The notes below the pieces were generated by a model. It ran no database searches. It saw only the letters and a program-made list of their open reading frames with translations, and was not told the DNA's origin. Made by a program: the position numbers and the translations under genes. From assembly GCA_040954595.2 (NCBI GenBank), contig CM082576.2:20445028-20509027 (forward strand): a stretch of 64,000 bases of DNA, in the 5' to 3' direction. Of this stretch, positions 1-11,470 are shown one piece after another. The DNA comes from Balanoglossus misakiensis. Taxonomy: Eukaryota > Animalia > Hemichordata. Numbering within the stretch: the stretch's first letter is position 1; every line of letters starts with the position of its first letter.

Positions 1-116
1 CATGCTAGAAAGATAGATTGGACCAAGTTTATGAATGGATTTAAAAATGAGAACTAACATCTTAAAAACAATACGCTCTGTAACAGGTAGCCAGTGCAAC
101 TGATACAAAATGTGAC
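1..116 (-). mobile_element. Part of L2/CR1-like LINE fragment (cut by window edge)
   Basis: Same sequence as 15079-15204 apart from a 9-bp deletion (ttggagtga). Confidence 0.8.
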
Positions 117-365
117 AGGTGATTTTTGAACGAGTAACAATTAGAAAGGGACAGCAGCTTAGCTCTATTCCTTTTCCAAAGTGTTTGTTCTTTTAAACTA
201 CCTGTTTTTTATTTATTCTGATTATGCTAATATGCTAATTTGTCGGTTTGTCACATCACAATTTTTGTAGGAAACTCACCCCTGGGAATTTTTTTCAGCC
301 ACTGACATACATTCATAATCACATGACATTGATGATCATGGAAAATTTGACCCTTTTCCTTGTAG

Positions 366-488
366 GACTCAACCAGTGTCCACCAAATCCGTGCCAGAAT
401 GGTGGCTTCTGTCAACCGGCTCGAAATTCCTGCTTTGATCTCACCTGCATATGTACTGGTTGCTACAAAGGTGATAGGTGTGAGATAT
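366..488 (+). pseudogene. EGF-like exon E1 (intact, 8 Cys)
   Basis: tag|GA...T|gtaagt, 123 bp, phase 1-1; LNQCPPNPCQNGGFCQPARNSCFDLTCICTGCYKGDRCEI. Confidence 0.9.
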
Positions 489-1157
489 GTAAGTATACAG
501 CGCAGTCTCTTTTACCTTTTGTCTCTGATGCATTCAAATACTGCATGTTTCCTGAGCATAGGTGTAGCCATCACCACAGCAGAGCTTGGAGCGTTCTTGA
601 CATCGAATGCAAGATTACACTCTTCCCAATCAAAATCACTTTCGTAGCGCATAATGTCTTGATTGTCTTAGTTCAAGAAACATTATGCGCGACTGGCCAA
701 TTTTACAGCCTTTTGTCAACGCACATCCACTATGGAAATTCTCACTACAGGCCAGATAGTGTAAATTTGCATATGAGTCTACAGGTATGCTTGAAGTCAA
801 GTCAAGCATTTGCAAGGAACCCTCCTCCAGTACACAGGTCTTTGATTTCATGAAGGGAAGCCCTTGCCTCACAGTCACTGCCACATGATCTATGGAGGTG
901 TGAACAACTTGATACCAGCCTAATATAAGTTGTAGGCACAGTCACTCCACATACCCTTGCCATAATTCTGCAAGGTTTTTGCCATATCTGTACTGTAGAA
1001 TGAGTAGCAAGGAATAAAATGGCGTCCTTTCTTAATTTCCAGTGCAAAACCCCTGTGATCCCAACCCATGTATGAATGGTGGATTTTGCCAGCAAACATC
1101 GTGCAATTTCTATTCATGCCAGTGTGTGAACTCTTACACAGGTGACATCTGTCAAAC

Positions 1158-2809
1158 CATAGACCCTAGAGAAAGAAGGACGAGCAACTGCGGCAAAGAT
1201 CAAAGGGTTTGGGGATTATCTGTATGATGATGTTCTTTTGCATATAATTAACACCCAGGACAGTTGGACAATGACTTCCTTACTTCGGCACGTGTCGACC
1301 CCACCAGTGATGCGAAAACTTGCCACCAAACTGACACTCCTGCATTTCAGCAGCCACTGCGTTTTTTTCTAAAATTCTAAAAGTATTACGATGTCTGTGC
1401 TAATTATTATGGTCGTCTGTCGGATGAACGGTCATTTCTAGTGCCACAAGCTTCATTTAAAAATTGTAAACAAATCATCCATGCCAAATTCCTGTTTAAC
1501 TTGTGCAGATGTGTTCCATAAATGATTGCTGCGTTCAACCACGTTGCAGTTTTCTCGTCTTCTGCGAGATGTTCTAAGGTGTTTGTGATAACTTCACGCA
1601 AAACGCGAGACTTTGCGTTAGTTTATACACAGTTTATTTGCAAATTGGATTATTGGGATTTACCTGGAAATAATGTATGCAAAAGAACATCATTTCAAGA
1701 AAAAACTGGAGTTGCGCGTCCTTCTTGCATGTCCGACTGGGCACTCATATTTCTTGGTAACGCTGACACTTTTCGTAATAATTTTATGTTTGCGTGAAGC
1801 ATTGAAACAAAAATTGTGGTTTAGGGGCATTTTATTTCGCAGTGCGTGAACAATAAAACAGATTTCACGAAAACAATTTATAAACAAACTGGCTGGATTT
1901 TCATGTGTGCGCTATTGCCGCCAGGCAACCCTCGGTACGGTTAGCTCACAGCCTTGTGAAATACCCGGACTGTTAGACAAAAGATGCTTGTTTTGGACGC
2001 TGTCAGACTCAGAGGTGCCAAATTCCTGTTTAACTTGTGCAGATGTGTTCCATAAATGATTGCTGCGTTCAACCACGTTGCAGTTTTCTCGTCTTCTGCG
2101 AGATGTTCTAAGGTGTTTGTGATAACTTCACGCAAAACGCGAGACTTTGCGTTAGTTTATACACAGTTTATTTGCAAATTGGATTATTGGGATTTACCTG
2201 GAAATAATGTATGCAAAAGAACATCATTTCAAGAAAAAACTGGAGTTGCGCGTCCTTCTTGCATGTCCGACTGGGCACTCATATTTCTTGGTAACGCTGA
2301 CACTTTTCGTAATAATTTTATGTTTGCGTGAAGCATTGAAACAAAAATTGTGGTTTAGGGGCATTTTATTTCGCAGTGCGTGAACAATAAAACAGATTTC
2401 ACGAAAACAATTTATAAACAAACTGGCTGGATTTTCATGTGTGCGCTATTGCCGCCAGGCAACCCTCGGTACGGTTAGCTCACAGCCTTGTGAAATACCC
2501 GGACTGTTAGACAAAAGATGCTTGTTTTGGACGCTGTCAGACTCAGAGGTGCCAAATTCCTGTTTAACTTGTGCAGATGTGTTCCATAAATGATTGCTGC
2601 GTTCAACCACGTTGCAGTTTTCTCGTCTTCTGCGAGATGTTCTAAGGTGTTTGTGATAACTTCACGCAAAACGCGAGACTTTGCGTTAGTTTATACACAG
2701 TTTATTTGCAAATTGGATTATTGGGATTTACCTGGAAATAATGTATGCAAAAGAACATCATTTCAAGAAAAAACTGGAGTTGCGCGTCCTTCTTTCTCTA
2801 GGGTCCATG
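1158..2809. mobile_element. Non-autonomous P-element-like DNA transposon
   Basis: ~32-bp TIRs CATAGACCCTAGAGAAAGAAGGACGAGCAACT / AGTTGCGCGTCCTTCTTTCTCTAGGGTCCATG (2 mismatches), CAT...ATG ends, 7-bp TSD GTCAAAC (1151-1157, 2810-2816). Superfamily inferred from termini and TSD length. Confidence 0.8.
1482..2794. repeat. 534-bp tandem subrepeat, ~2.5 copies (~1.5 in copies B-D)
   Basis: tgccaaattcctgtttaac at 1482, 2016, 2550; ORFs repeat at a 534 offset. Confidence 0.95.
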
Positions 2810-3061
2810 GTCAAACAAGTGAGTATATACTTTCAAGACACCCTGCAAACAAACAAGCAATCTTTATTCCGTAGATCTTTAAGCATATTTATGCATTGTA
2901 TATTTTGATGTGAAACTTCAAATTTTATTGGTCTTGTTGCCAAACTTCTGAAGAAATGAGGATATTGTTTTGAAGGGTATTTTATCAGTAGATAACAAAT
3001 ACCATGGCCCTCCATGCAAATACCCACATGGTAAATTAAAACTGTTACAGGTGTATTTGAT

Positions 3062-3376
3062 TTAAGCAATAAAACACCCCCAGCCATGGTATACCACGAG
3101 ATTTTGACCAGTTCACGACATATACGCACGAGCGATAGCGAGTGCGTATATGGAGTTGAACTGGTCAAAATCGAGTGGTATACCATGGCTGGGGGTGTTT
3201 TATTGCTATTATATTATGCCAGTATATTGAAACTTTGCATAAAACATTTTAAAAAGGCATTTTCTTTGACTATGATATATGACTGTGGTATATGGCTAAT
3301 ATATCCTGGTCACGTGTCGTGTCTCGACCAATCAAATAGCGTGATTTACACCTTCAATATACTGGTATAATATAAT
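3062..3376. repeat. Double-palindrome interspersed element
   Basis: Hairpin 3065-3207 (agcaataaaacacccccagccatggtataccac...gtggtataccatggctgggggtgttttattgct), followed by a second inverted pair atattatgccagtatattgaa (3211) / ttcaatatactggtataatat (3353). Also at 17615, 38163, 56050. Confidence 0.8.
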
Positions 3377-3607
3377 TCCACATATGGATTACATGTGGGA
3401 TAATATTGGGTGCTGGCAGTTTCAGTAAATGAACTGCTCTTGAAAGTTGGGTGTCAGGGCACCCTTGACTTCTTATTGTTCAGTTATACATTTAGGAGGC
3501 TCAGTTATAGGAGAACCCGATAGAACCACAGCTGTAGGAATTAGGGAAATGGTCATACCCTAAATAACTTATGTCACTACTATTTTTTTTTCATGCCATT
3601 GAAACAG

Positions 3608-3724
3608 AACAAACTCCATGTAGGCCAAGTCCATGCCTGAACAATGGGCGGTGTACTCAGCTGTCTTGTACAACTTATGAGTGTACTTGTCCAGGATGTT
3701 TCACCGGCACACACTGCAGCCAGT
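3608..3724 (+). pseudogene. EGF-like exon E3 (intact, 8 Cys)
   Basis: cag|AA...T|gtaaaa, 117 bp; QTPCRPSPCLNNGRCTQLSCTTYECTCPGCFTGTHCSQ. Confidence 0.88.
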
Positions 3725-4115
3725 GTAAAACTCATTAAAACAAACATTTGTCATGCAGGAACTAACATTTACAATCATGTCTCAATACATTGTCTGTTGG
3801 TCATACTTTATATTTTCATCTTCAGCATCACACCTTGGTCCTTGGGAATCGGTCACCTCAAAAATGATGTACAGCTGAAAGAAAACATGTTTATTTGAAG
3901 AAAAAACTGTTGATCGTTCATGAAAATTTTCCCTACACAAGATACATATACAGAGATTTTCATAGCCCCATAAGTGCGTCCCAGAATGAGCAAGTTGTTT
4001 TTGGAAGTGAAGTTCCGTTCAGTATTTACAGTAATGGTAATGATGATGTTTTCATCAAACAGATTTTGAAAGTAAATATTGCTGAGATAACATTAGGTTG
4101 CACTTTTTATTGCAG

Positions 4116-4238
4116 TCCAAGATCCAGGCCAGCGAAACAGCTGTCTCAACGGGGCTGTATGTAATGCAGTGGCCAACTCCTGCACGGCATATACCTGTGC
4201 CTGTACTGGTTGCTATGAGGGTAACCGTTGTGAAATAT
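4116..4238 (+). pseudogene. EGF-like exon E4 (Cys1->Gly)
   Basis: cag|TC...T|gtaagt, 123 bp; QDPGQRNSCLNGAVCNAVANSCTAYTCACTGCYEGNRCEI. Confidence 0.88.
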
Positions 4239-4813
4239 GTAAGTTTCTGACGTACCGTAAATGACAATCTTTTGGGCACTTTCTCTTCATGGCAATTGAA
4301 TTGTGTGGTAACTTCTCATTTCTAAAATTTCCCCAAGAGAAAAGAAAGGAAAAGGAAACAGAAATTTCATTTGTATGTCCGTGCAATTTAGGATAGGCAC
4401 GAACTTGTGAGGAAGTGTACGAAGTTGGATGTTTTCATCACTCAAATATACAAGAGTTGCCTCTTGAAGACTAGTGTCTGTAGAGATAATTGTGCATGTG
4501 AGGTAATCTCTCCTAAGGTGGTGCACACCTCTGAGTATTAAGTAAAAGAGACGTCCTTAATTATCCTTACTATTTGGCTTGAAAAATCAATCTTACTAGG
4601 TGTTCTGATTAGAGAGGTGTCCATAAAGACAGGTTTTACTGTATTACCCAAAATAGAGACATTGTCCCTTCATCATATACTTAATGCGTGTTCTGGGTAT
4701 GGTTCCAGTATAATGCTTGTGTCAAAGGATTTTGTTGTGGTGCAGGAATCATCTTTGGTTGATGTGTAGCCATCTGCATTTCATGTGTTTTAAACTATTT
4801 TTTTTTCTGATTG

Positions 4814-4936
4814 TCATTAACCCATGTGATCAGAATCCGTGTCAAAATGGAGGCTATTGTTCCAAAACACCAAATTCTTATACTGACTACACCTGTTACT
4901 GCCAGTAGTGTTGGACTGGGGCCATCTGTGCCGTAG
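4814..4936 (+). pseudogene. EGF-like exon E5 (TAG stop, acceptor AG->TG)
   Basis: INPCDQNPCQNGGYCSKTPNSYTDYTCYCQ*CWTGAICAV; TAG at 4906-4908. Confidence 0.85.
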
Positions 4937-4993
4937 GTGTGTCGAATTACTGTTTTATGATACTAATTGATACTTTCCTTTTTGTTTTGGCAG

Positions 4994-5113
4994 CCATTGA
5001 TCAGTTATACCCTATGCCTTGTCAAAATGGTGGCACATGCGTTGCGTGAGACGGCTGTTTCCTGTTTGACTGTATGTGTACCGAATGCTTCACTGGTGCC
5101 ACATGTACAATGC
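4994..5113 (+). pseudogene. EGF-like exon E6 (TGA stop, Cys1 lost)
   Basis: cag|CC...C|gtaagt; IDQLYPMPCQNGGTCVA*DGCFLFDCMCTECFTGATCTM; TGA at 5047-5049. Confidence 0.87.
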
Positions 5114-5408
5114 GTAAGTACTAACCAATATTATTTTATTCAATGCAAAACACTTGTTATATATTATATAATATAAGTACGGTACACATATTAAAGCCCT
5201 GGTAACTCAAACTTTGGGCTAGCTTAATGTTATCACTATTTTTGTTTTCGGTTGCAACTGTGGTTTCTTGTCACACTCTAAAGGATTTCACAGCATTTGG
5301 TTTTTCAAAACAGCCCTTTGGTTGTTGTCATGTATACATGTACATGACTGTGGAGTGTAGTTTGTAGATTCTGTAATTTTGACAATATCTTGACTGCACA
5401 TCCCACAG

Positions 5409-5531
5409 CTGTCAACCAGTGTCAACCCATCCAGTGTCGGAATGGTGGAAACTGTGTGCTGACGCCCAATTGGTGTACTGAATTCACATGCTCCTGTACA
5501 AGCTGTTACTCCGGCGATTTATGTCAGACAT
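5409..5531 (+). pseudogene. EGF-like exon E7 (intact, 8 Cys)
   Basis: cag|CT...T|gtgagt, 123 bp; VNQCQPIQCRNGGNCVLTPNWCTEFTCSCTSCYSGDLCQT. Confidence 0.9.
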
Positions 5532-5915
5532 GTGAGTGATTTTAAATTTCAGATGAAGAGGAACATAATAACATAACACATAATCGGCTTGCAGTTGGTT
5601 TCTTCCAACCTGTATCAAACAGTGAATAACGACACAATTTTGGGGAAATTTATTAAGAATGTGTGTGCCATAAAAGGGGATTGTGTATTTGACCAAATAA
5701 CAACCTGCACCGGATGGTACACTAAGACACTATTACACCTGTGTCAAAATTTCATTACGTTTCTTTTGTTGAACATGGAAGAAATTTGTCACAGTGATGT
5801 TCTGTTGACCAACTGAGATTTTTACCACTCAACCCTGACTGCACAAATCTGTTTAAAGTATATGTAGTAAATATTAACTGTACACAATTTATATCACTTT
5901 CTCTTCTGTGCACAG

Positions 5916-6032
5916 ATTTGAATCCGTGTCAGCCCAACCCTTGTCTAAACAGTGGATTCTGCCAGCAAGTGTCCTGCACCGAGTTCAGATGCCAGAGTCC
6001 ACGCTGTTTCATCGGAACCACGTGCGCTGAAC
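5916..6032 (+). pseudogene. EGF-like exon E8 (one Cys->Ser)
   Basis: cag|AT...C|gtaagc, 117 bp; LNPCQPNPCLNSGFCQQVSCTEFRCQSPRCFIGTTCAE. Confidence 0.88.
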
Positions 6033-6479
6033 GTAAGCAAACCAGTGTCAGACTTCCCGCACAAAGTATAAATCGCTGGGCTTTGTCATTGATATTGTCT
6101 CAATAAAGTTGCCTGTGATTGTGCAGCTAACCAAGAGACTTATATGCACTACGGTAGCCATGATGAATACTTTCATTGACTCAAATGCTCATCAGTGTAG
6201 ATGTTGCTATTTTTCCAACCGTAAATTGAAACATCAGAAAGTTATGACATCAACTACCCCCACCCCCACCCCACCCACCCCCAACTAGTAAATATTATAA
6301 GATTCAGTAATTATGATAAAGATGGTAGCACCAAGCTTGGATCAAGTGGTCTTCATTATCCTTCACACATGAACATGATCACACGGATGTGCAATCTTCT
6401 GACAGTCTGCTACAGATTTCACTTCCCACTCAAGTGTGTAAGACCCTAATGTGATACTTTTCATTTCTCTCACCCTTAG

Positions 6480-6602
6480 CGATCAACCAGTGTCTTCTAA
6501 ACCCATGTCTGAATAACGGAGTGTATCAGCCACTTCAAGGCTCCTGCTCAATCTACACCTGCAACTGTCCAACCTGCTACACTGGGCAAACATGTGTTAC
6601 AT
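6480..6602 (+). pseudogene. EGF-like exon E9 (Cys3->Tyr)
   Basis: tag|CG...T|gtaagt, 123 bp; INQCLLNPCLNNGVYQPLQGSCSIYTCNCPTCYTGQTCVT. Confidence 0.88.
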
Positions 6603-6615
6603 GTAAGTCACAAGT

Positions 6616-7470
6616 TTTTAGGTCCCATTGGTATGTACCATGGGAACTTATGGGATTGGTTACGTCTGTATGTATGGATGGATGGATGGATGTATGTCTG
6701 TATGTCCGTCCACATGAAAAACTTGAAAACCGCAGCGCGTATGACCTCGATATTTGGCGTGTAGATGCAGGCAGGGCTGTAGATGGGAGTTTGTTCAAAT
6801 GAAGATGTCATTGCCAAAAATATGCAAATTAGCTGGGAAAATGTGAAATTGGTCAAAACTCAAAAACTGGACAACCACTGGTCATATTGATTTGAAAAAT
6901 GGTATGCATGTACCTTATATCAACGTCATACAACCCTGTATGTTTTGAGCTAATATTATCGATTTCCTATTTTTTTTGCATTTTTTTGTATTTTTCCATG
7001 TTATTGGTAAAAGTCTTTGAAATTTAGTATGAAGCCTCCTAATGTTGTCTAAGTAACCATAGTTTTGTTCAAATTGTTGCAAAATTTGCATATCTATAAT
7101 TTTGAGCATTATTTGCCATTTTTGGTCAAAAAATGTTTTTCTTTAAAACCTCATGCCAGATTGCTTTGCAATTTGGTAGGCATGTTCGTAGGGGTAACCT
7201 AAATAATATGTTGTAAAAAATGTGATATTTGCATAAATGTGTTATCGGGGAAACTTTTGCAATTTTTGTCAAAAATTGTTTTCACTGAAACCGCTTGTCC
7301 TATTGCATTGAACTTAGGCAGCATGTTCCTTGTAGTGATTGAAGTAAGATATTGTACAATTTTGGTGATATTTGCATTTTTGTGTTTTTGCCACTTTTGA
7401 ACAAATATTTTCTGTGAAACTGCTTGTTGGATTGCTTTGAAATTAGTTTTTTCTCTGATTGCTTTGAAAT
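6616..7470 (+). mobile_element. Degenerate Helentron-associated (HINE/DINE-like) element; 3' limit uncertain
   Basis: T-run, imperfect 5' hairpin taggtccca...tgggaactta, then (tgta)n(tgga)n microsatellite and internally repetitive 'ttgctttgaaatt' blocks. Present in all copies. Confidence 0.5.
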
Positions 7471-8540
7471 TTAGGATATAATTTCATAACACATACCTGT
7501 ATATGTGCAACTTTTATTCAATTCTGAGATCAGAAAGATTAAATATTTAGCGAGTTTTTTTGGTAAGTTTCTTTGTTTTTGGTTAGCAAATCTTCTCCTA
7601 AACAAATTGTCCAGTTGTTTTTAAAGTTACTATTTACAAGGAGTTGTTACCTCGAACAAAGACATGTTTACATAACTTAAATAGGCCAGCTGTTACAGAG
7701 ACCACCAGCTATCACATTTTAATTACCAGTGGCAGGTCAGTGTGTGTCTGTTCCAGGGCTGACTGAAAGAAGTTGCTTCGCATATGTGTTTGTGTACAGA
7801 CAATTTTTGGTCAATTTTTTTTTCTAGCACCACTTGTAAGACTGCCATGACACATGACAGTTTATTGGGCATGTTCCTTGTTAATGTTTTTACATTGCAT
7901 ATTTCTATATGGTCAGATCATAAGTGCTTGCAAATGTCACCTGTAATTTTTATTCTGCTGTGTCACTGTTGCCGCATAATCCTCAAATGTCATCAGATCT
8001 CCGAATGTGATGAAAACAGTGTGTTTTGAGTGGGTTTTTTAATGACCTTTTGGGTTAAAAGTGGCAAAAATGGCAATTTTGTCTTCAAAGGGGTCAATAA
8101 GACTGACTTTTTTGGAATCAGCACCATTTTTTACATTGAATGGACTAGTCTGCTCAAACTTTCCTTACCAAAAATTCTGTTTAATCTTCTGTAACATGTA
8201 TACTAGTGTACATGTAGCTGCCTGATAGTTTGCCCTGTGTGTGTAATTGCTGAGTGACATAACGCATTCTGTGATTGATGCAGTCACGTAACCACCAATC
8301 GAACGATTGTTATAAGGAGAACTGCACGACCTTTAACCGCATTAGCATACCTGATTTTTAGGGCTCGATATTACCTCTGAGGACGCAATATTTAAGTTGA
8401 AGTTTTTTTATTTTATCATATTAGAGCAAGAAGACTTGTCTTTTATGTAAAAGAAATAGACCCTAATATACAGAGTGCATTTTGAAACGATAGGCAGTTC
8501 CGGCCCATAGCCTAATTCTTCATTTTTCTGTCATGCGTAG

Positions 8541-8656
8541 GAATTGATTAGTGCTAACAACCCATGTCAAAATGGCAGCACTTGCCAACCCTAACCTCGT
8601 GTGTGGCATTGACGTGCACCTGCCAAGGATGCTTTACTGGGAGCGCTGTGAAAATT
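8541..8656 (+). pseudogene. EGF-like exon E10 (stops and frameshifts)
   Basis: tag|GA ATT GAT TAG TGC...; remnants NNPCQNGSTCQP and TCTCQGCFT..ERCEN. Confidence 0.75.
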
Positions 8657-9159
8657 GTCAGTCAGTTTCTTTTGTCAAATTAATCAATATGTGTGGGACT
8701 GCTATACATGTATATAAAACAGAATACTGCGATGGAAAATTCTATAACTTAATGTTTCAGTGGATATATGACTTAAAGTTAGCAGTATGCAGTGAATTCA
8801 ACAGAAAGTGTAATTTCCTCTTGTGTGAGCTCTGTGCGACTGTGCCAATGAAAATCTCACCACAAACAAAAATGACAGGTATACACTGTATATTAGCAGC
8901 TTTGTCTCTGTAATAGCCATAGTGTTTTGAAGTTGAAAACTTGCAAAGTGTGCAGTTTTATTCACACTACAAAGGAAACATTGTTGAAACGGATTATCTG
9001 TGTACATTGTCAAACTGTACACTTGTCGCGAGATTTATTCTCAATTATATTACTAGTATATCATGCTACCGTCTGCAACTCTGATTGGACGAGAGCTAAA
9101 TCCAGCGATGCTAAAATACTCAATAATGCACTGCTGGCAGTGGTAAAACGGGCTTTCTG

Positions 9160-9480
9160 TTTGCCACATGGGTTTGTTCTTTAGGTTGTTGTATGTGTTT
9201 ACACCCATCATGTTTATTGTAGAACCAGGGTCGATCAGTGAGGCAACTGCTGTTTGTTCTATCTGCACTGTTACTCGAGGCCTCCTGCCATTTGATTGTT
9301 GTACAGTGAAGCAGTATTCATCTCCCGAGCTGTCTTCCACTTTATGCACAGCTTTGACAGTTTTATCCTTGTCTACCCTATTTGCCTTGCCTTTTGAATG
9401 GTAGCATTTGGCTAAATGGTTAGGTTTGCCACACTTCCTGCATGACTTGCCTTTAGCTGGACATACTGAGTCATGTGGTA
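9160..9480 (-). mobile_element. Decayed Ty3/Gypsy gag-protease fragment
   Basis: CRKCGKPNHLAKC zinc knuckle (CX2CX4HX4C) followed by protease-like LIDPGSTINMM. Also at 29736, 44600, 62487. Confidence 0.8.
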
Positions 9481-9670
9481 CCATTATTAAAATAGGGGCC
9501 AGTCATCAAAACGTAAGTGAGCCAAAAAACTACAGGTCAGATAAATTGTTTTCTCGTAAATTCAACATTAGAATCAAATTTGGCGTTGGAAACAAACGGC
9601 GGGTCGCCAGTTCCTGGTCTGGAGGCTGGTAGAGTCACGTCTTGAAGACTGGCCCCTATTTTAATAATGG
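9481..9670. mobile_element. 190-bp MITE abutting the Gypsy relic
   Basis: 24-bp perfect TIR ccattattaaaataggggccagtc / gactggcccctattttaataatgg; no clean TSD. Also at 30057, 44921, 62808. Confidence 0.78.
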
Positions 9671-9929
9671 CATTGTCATGACCGGCCAACCTTTGACCTC
9701 GGAGACCACAATGTAGAGCTATCGATCAGCTTTTCGCGTTTCAATCAAACATTGCAATCACGGGCTAAAATCACTAACTAGTTGATACCTTTTTCGGTGT
9801 TTCATCTAACCTTTGAAAGGAGTATAATAAAAATGAAATGACCGCACGTAATGTGCATTTCTTGTTCACGTGTGGGGACTATATGTGTGCGTAATGATCC
9901 AAATGCAAGGGGTCGTGTGAACAGGCCTT

Positions 9930-10400
9930 AAATAATGAGTTTGCGTTAAATAATGAGTTTGCGTTAAATAATAAGTTGACAAACGGCGCGAGTGCATTTT
10001 TTCATGGTTTAGAAATCACTTATTTATATATAATTCATTATATAATGTAAATCACTCATGATATATATATAATAGACTTGCACTTAAATTATTTATAAAT
10101 CACTCATGATATATATATAATACACTTAAATTTTTTTTATTTATAAATAATTAATTATATATAAATAATTATGTACATCACTCATGATATATATATAATA
10201 GACTGACACTGACATTGTTTATAAATAATTTATTATATATAAATAAAAGAGCATAAAATACATTTTATGTATATAATTGAATCGACTTGAAATTATTTAT
10301 AAATAAATTGTCAGGACTTAAATGGTTTGCAAATCTATAATTACATACATATAAGTATGTTAAATAACGACTTTTGAACAAATAATTTAGCTAAATAATA
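9930..10400. repeat. AT-rich minisatellite-like region
   Basis: aaataatgagtttgcgtt x2, atcactcatgatatatatataata x3, recurring atttataaat blocks. Confidence 0.75.
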
Positions 10401-11364
10401 AGTTAACACATGGCACCCCATACAAACATTACGTCCAGTCCAAGTATTCTGCCAATTTTACATCCAATGCATTCAAATAGTGGACTGCTTCGCTTTCATC
10501 CAGTTTTCATGTGCATTGTATAAGTAGACTTTTGTTTTGTCCCGTCTTTTCACCGAATTTGCTCTTTTCCAAATCTCCGACACAGACTATGATCGTCACA
10601 TTCTTGTCTGTTGTTAGAACAGCACACTGCCATATGGCATTGACTGTATACAGTTTCTGTTACCAATATCTCTGGTTTGGCATTTTCCTGTCCTCAATCT
10701 TTTGCCAGGGATTTTTGTGTCCCCAACCCGCGTGAGAATCCCACGTCTTTGAAGGTATGACTGTGACTATAAGATTCTATAAATCTCTGTTTATTTTCAG
10801 CACAAACATCATGTGCTGATTGCCCAGCTGGTAACCAATGTCCAAATGGTAACACTGTGATTTTATGCTCGGCTGGTTATTACAGTTCGGCCTTGGACAA
10901 AGGATGTCTCGCTGTACCTCTTGCATAACAGGTAAACTTCTACCCACCAACCTTTATTTCCAACATCAAACATTAGGTCAGGTAATTTACTAACTGAAAA
11001 ATAGGATGGGAACATTTTCCATTTCTGTATTTAAAATTTACTGATATAATATATGAATAAAAAAATGACAATTTTTCCAAATTTGAATAGACCTCTATTT
11101 ATGAAAATAATTAAAATTTGCGCCAATTTTTTACAGTGGTATTCAAAGGTTAACTTGGTGTGTAAATTCTTTGTTTGATTTACAGATCAGCCGGTGCTGA
11201 ACAGTGTACTATTTGTGAGCAAGGGTACGCCTGCACAGATCCCAGTGCATCGCAATTCAAGTGTACCAAGGGTTACGTGTCATTGGCTGGTGCAACAAAC
11301 TGTACCAGATGTACAAATGGTAAGATTGTGGTACTTGTTCAGTTTGCTGTGTGATGAAACTGAG

Positions 11365-11426
11365 TGGTATGTGTGTATGCATGTATGTGTTTACAACAGA
11401 TTTTCAAGTCAGTGCGACTGGGGTTA

Positions 11427-11458
<32 letters not shown>

Positions 11459-11470
11459 TACAACAGATTA
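11365..11470. repeat. (TG)n/(TGTA)n microsatellite in a short duplicated block
   Basis: tatgtgtgt...tgtgtttacaacagatt occurs twice. Confidence 0.8.

Larger units (their letters stand above)
1043..2818 (+). pseudogene. EGF-like exon E2, split near its 3' end by a P-like element
   Basis: cag| at 1042; QNPCDPNPCMNGGFCQQTSCNFYSCQCVNSYTGDICQT. Donor gtgagt lies at 2819, after the insertion. Confidence 0.88.

Noticed and set aside
248-853. 201-aa ORF (and its copies) as a gene
   Set aside because: Only 366-488 is an EGF exon bounded by AG/GT; the rest is intron read-through from a TTG start.
1482-2794. CRISPR-like or prokaryotic array
   Set aside because: Long identical tandem units without unique spacers, in a spliceosomal-intron context with no cas genes.
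5047-5049. In-frame TGA as selenocysteine or readthrough
   Set aside because: Not at a Cys position; other exons have TAG/TAA stops and frameshifts, consistent with decay.
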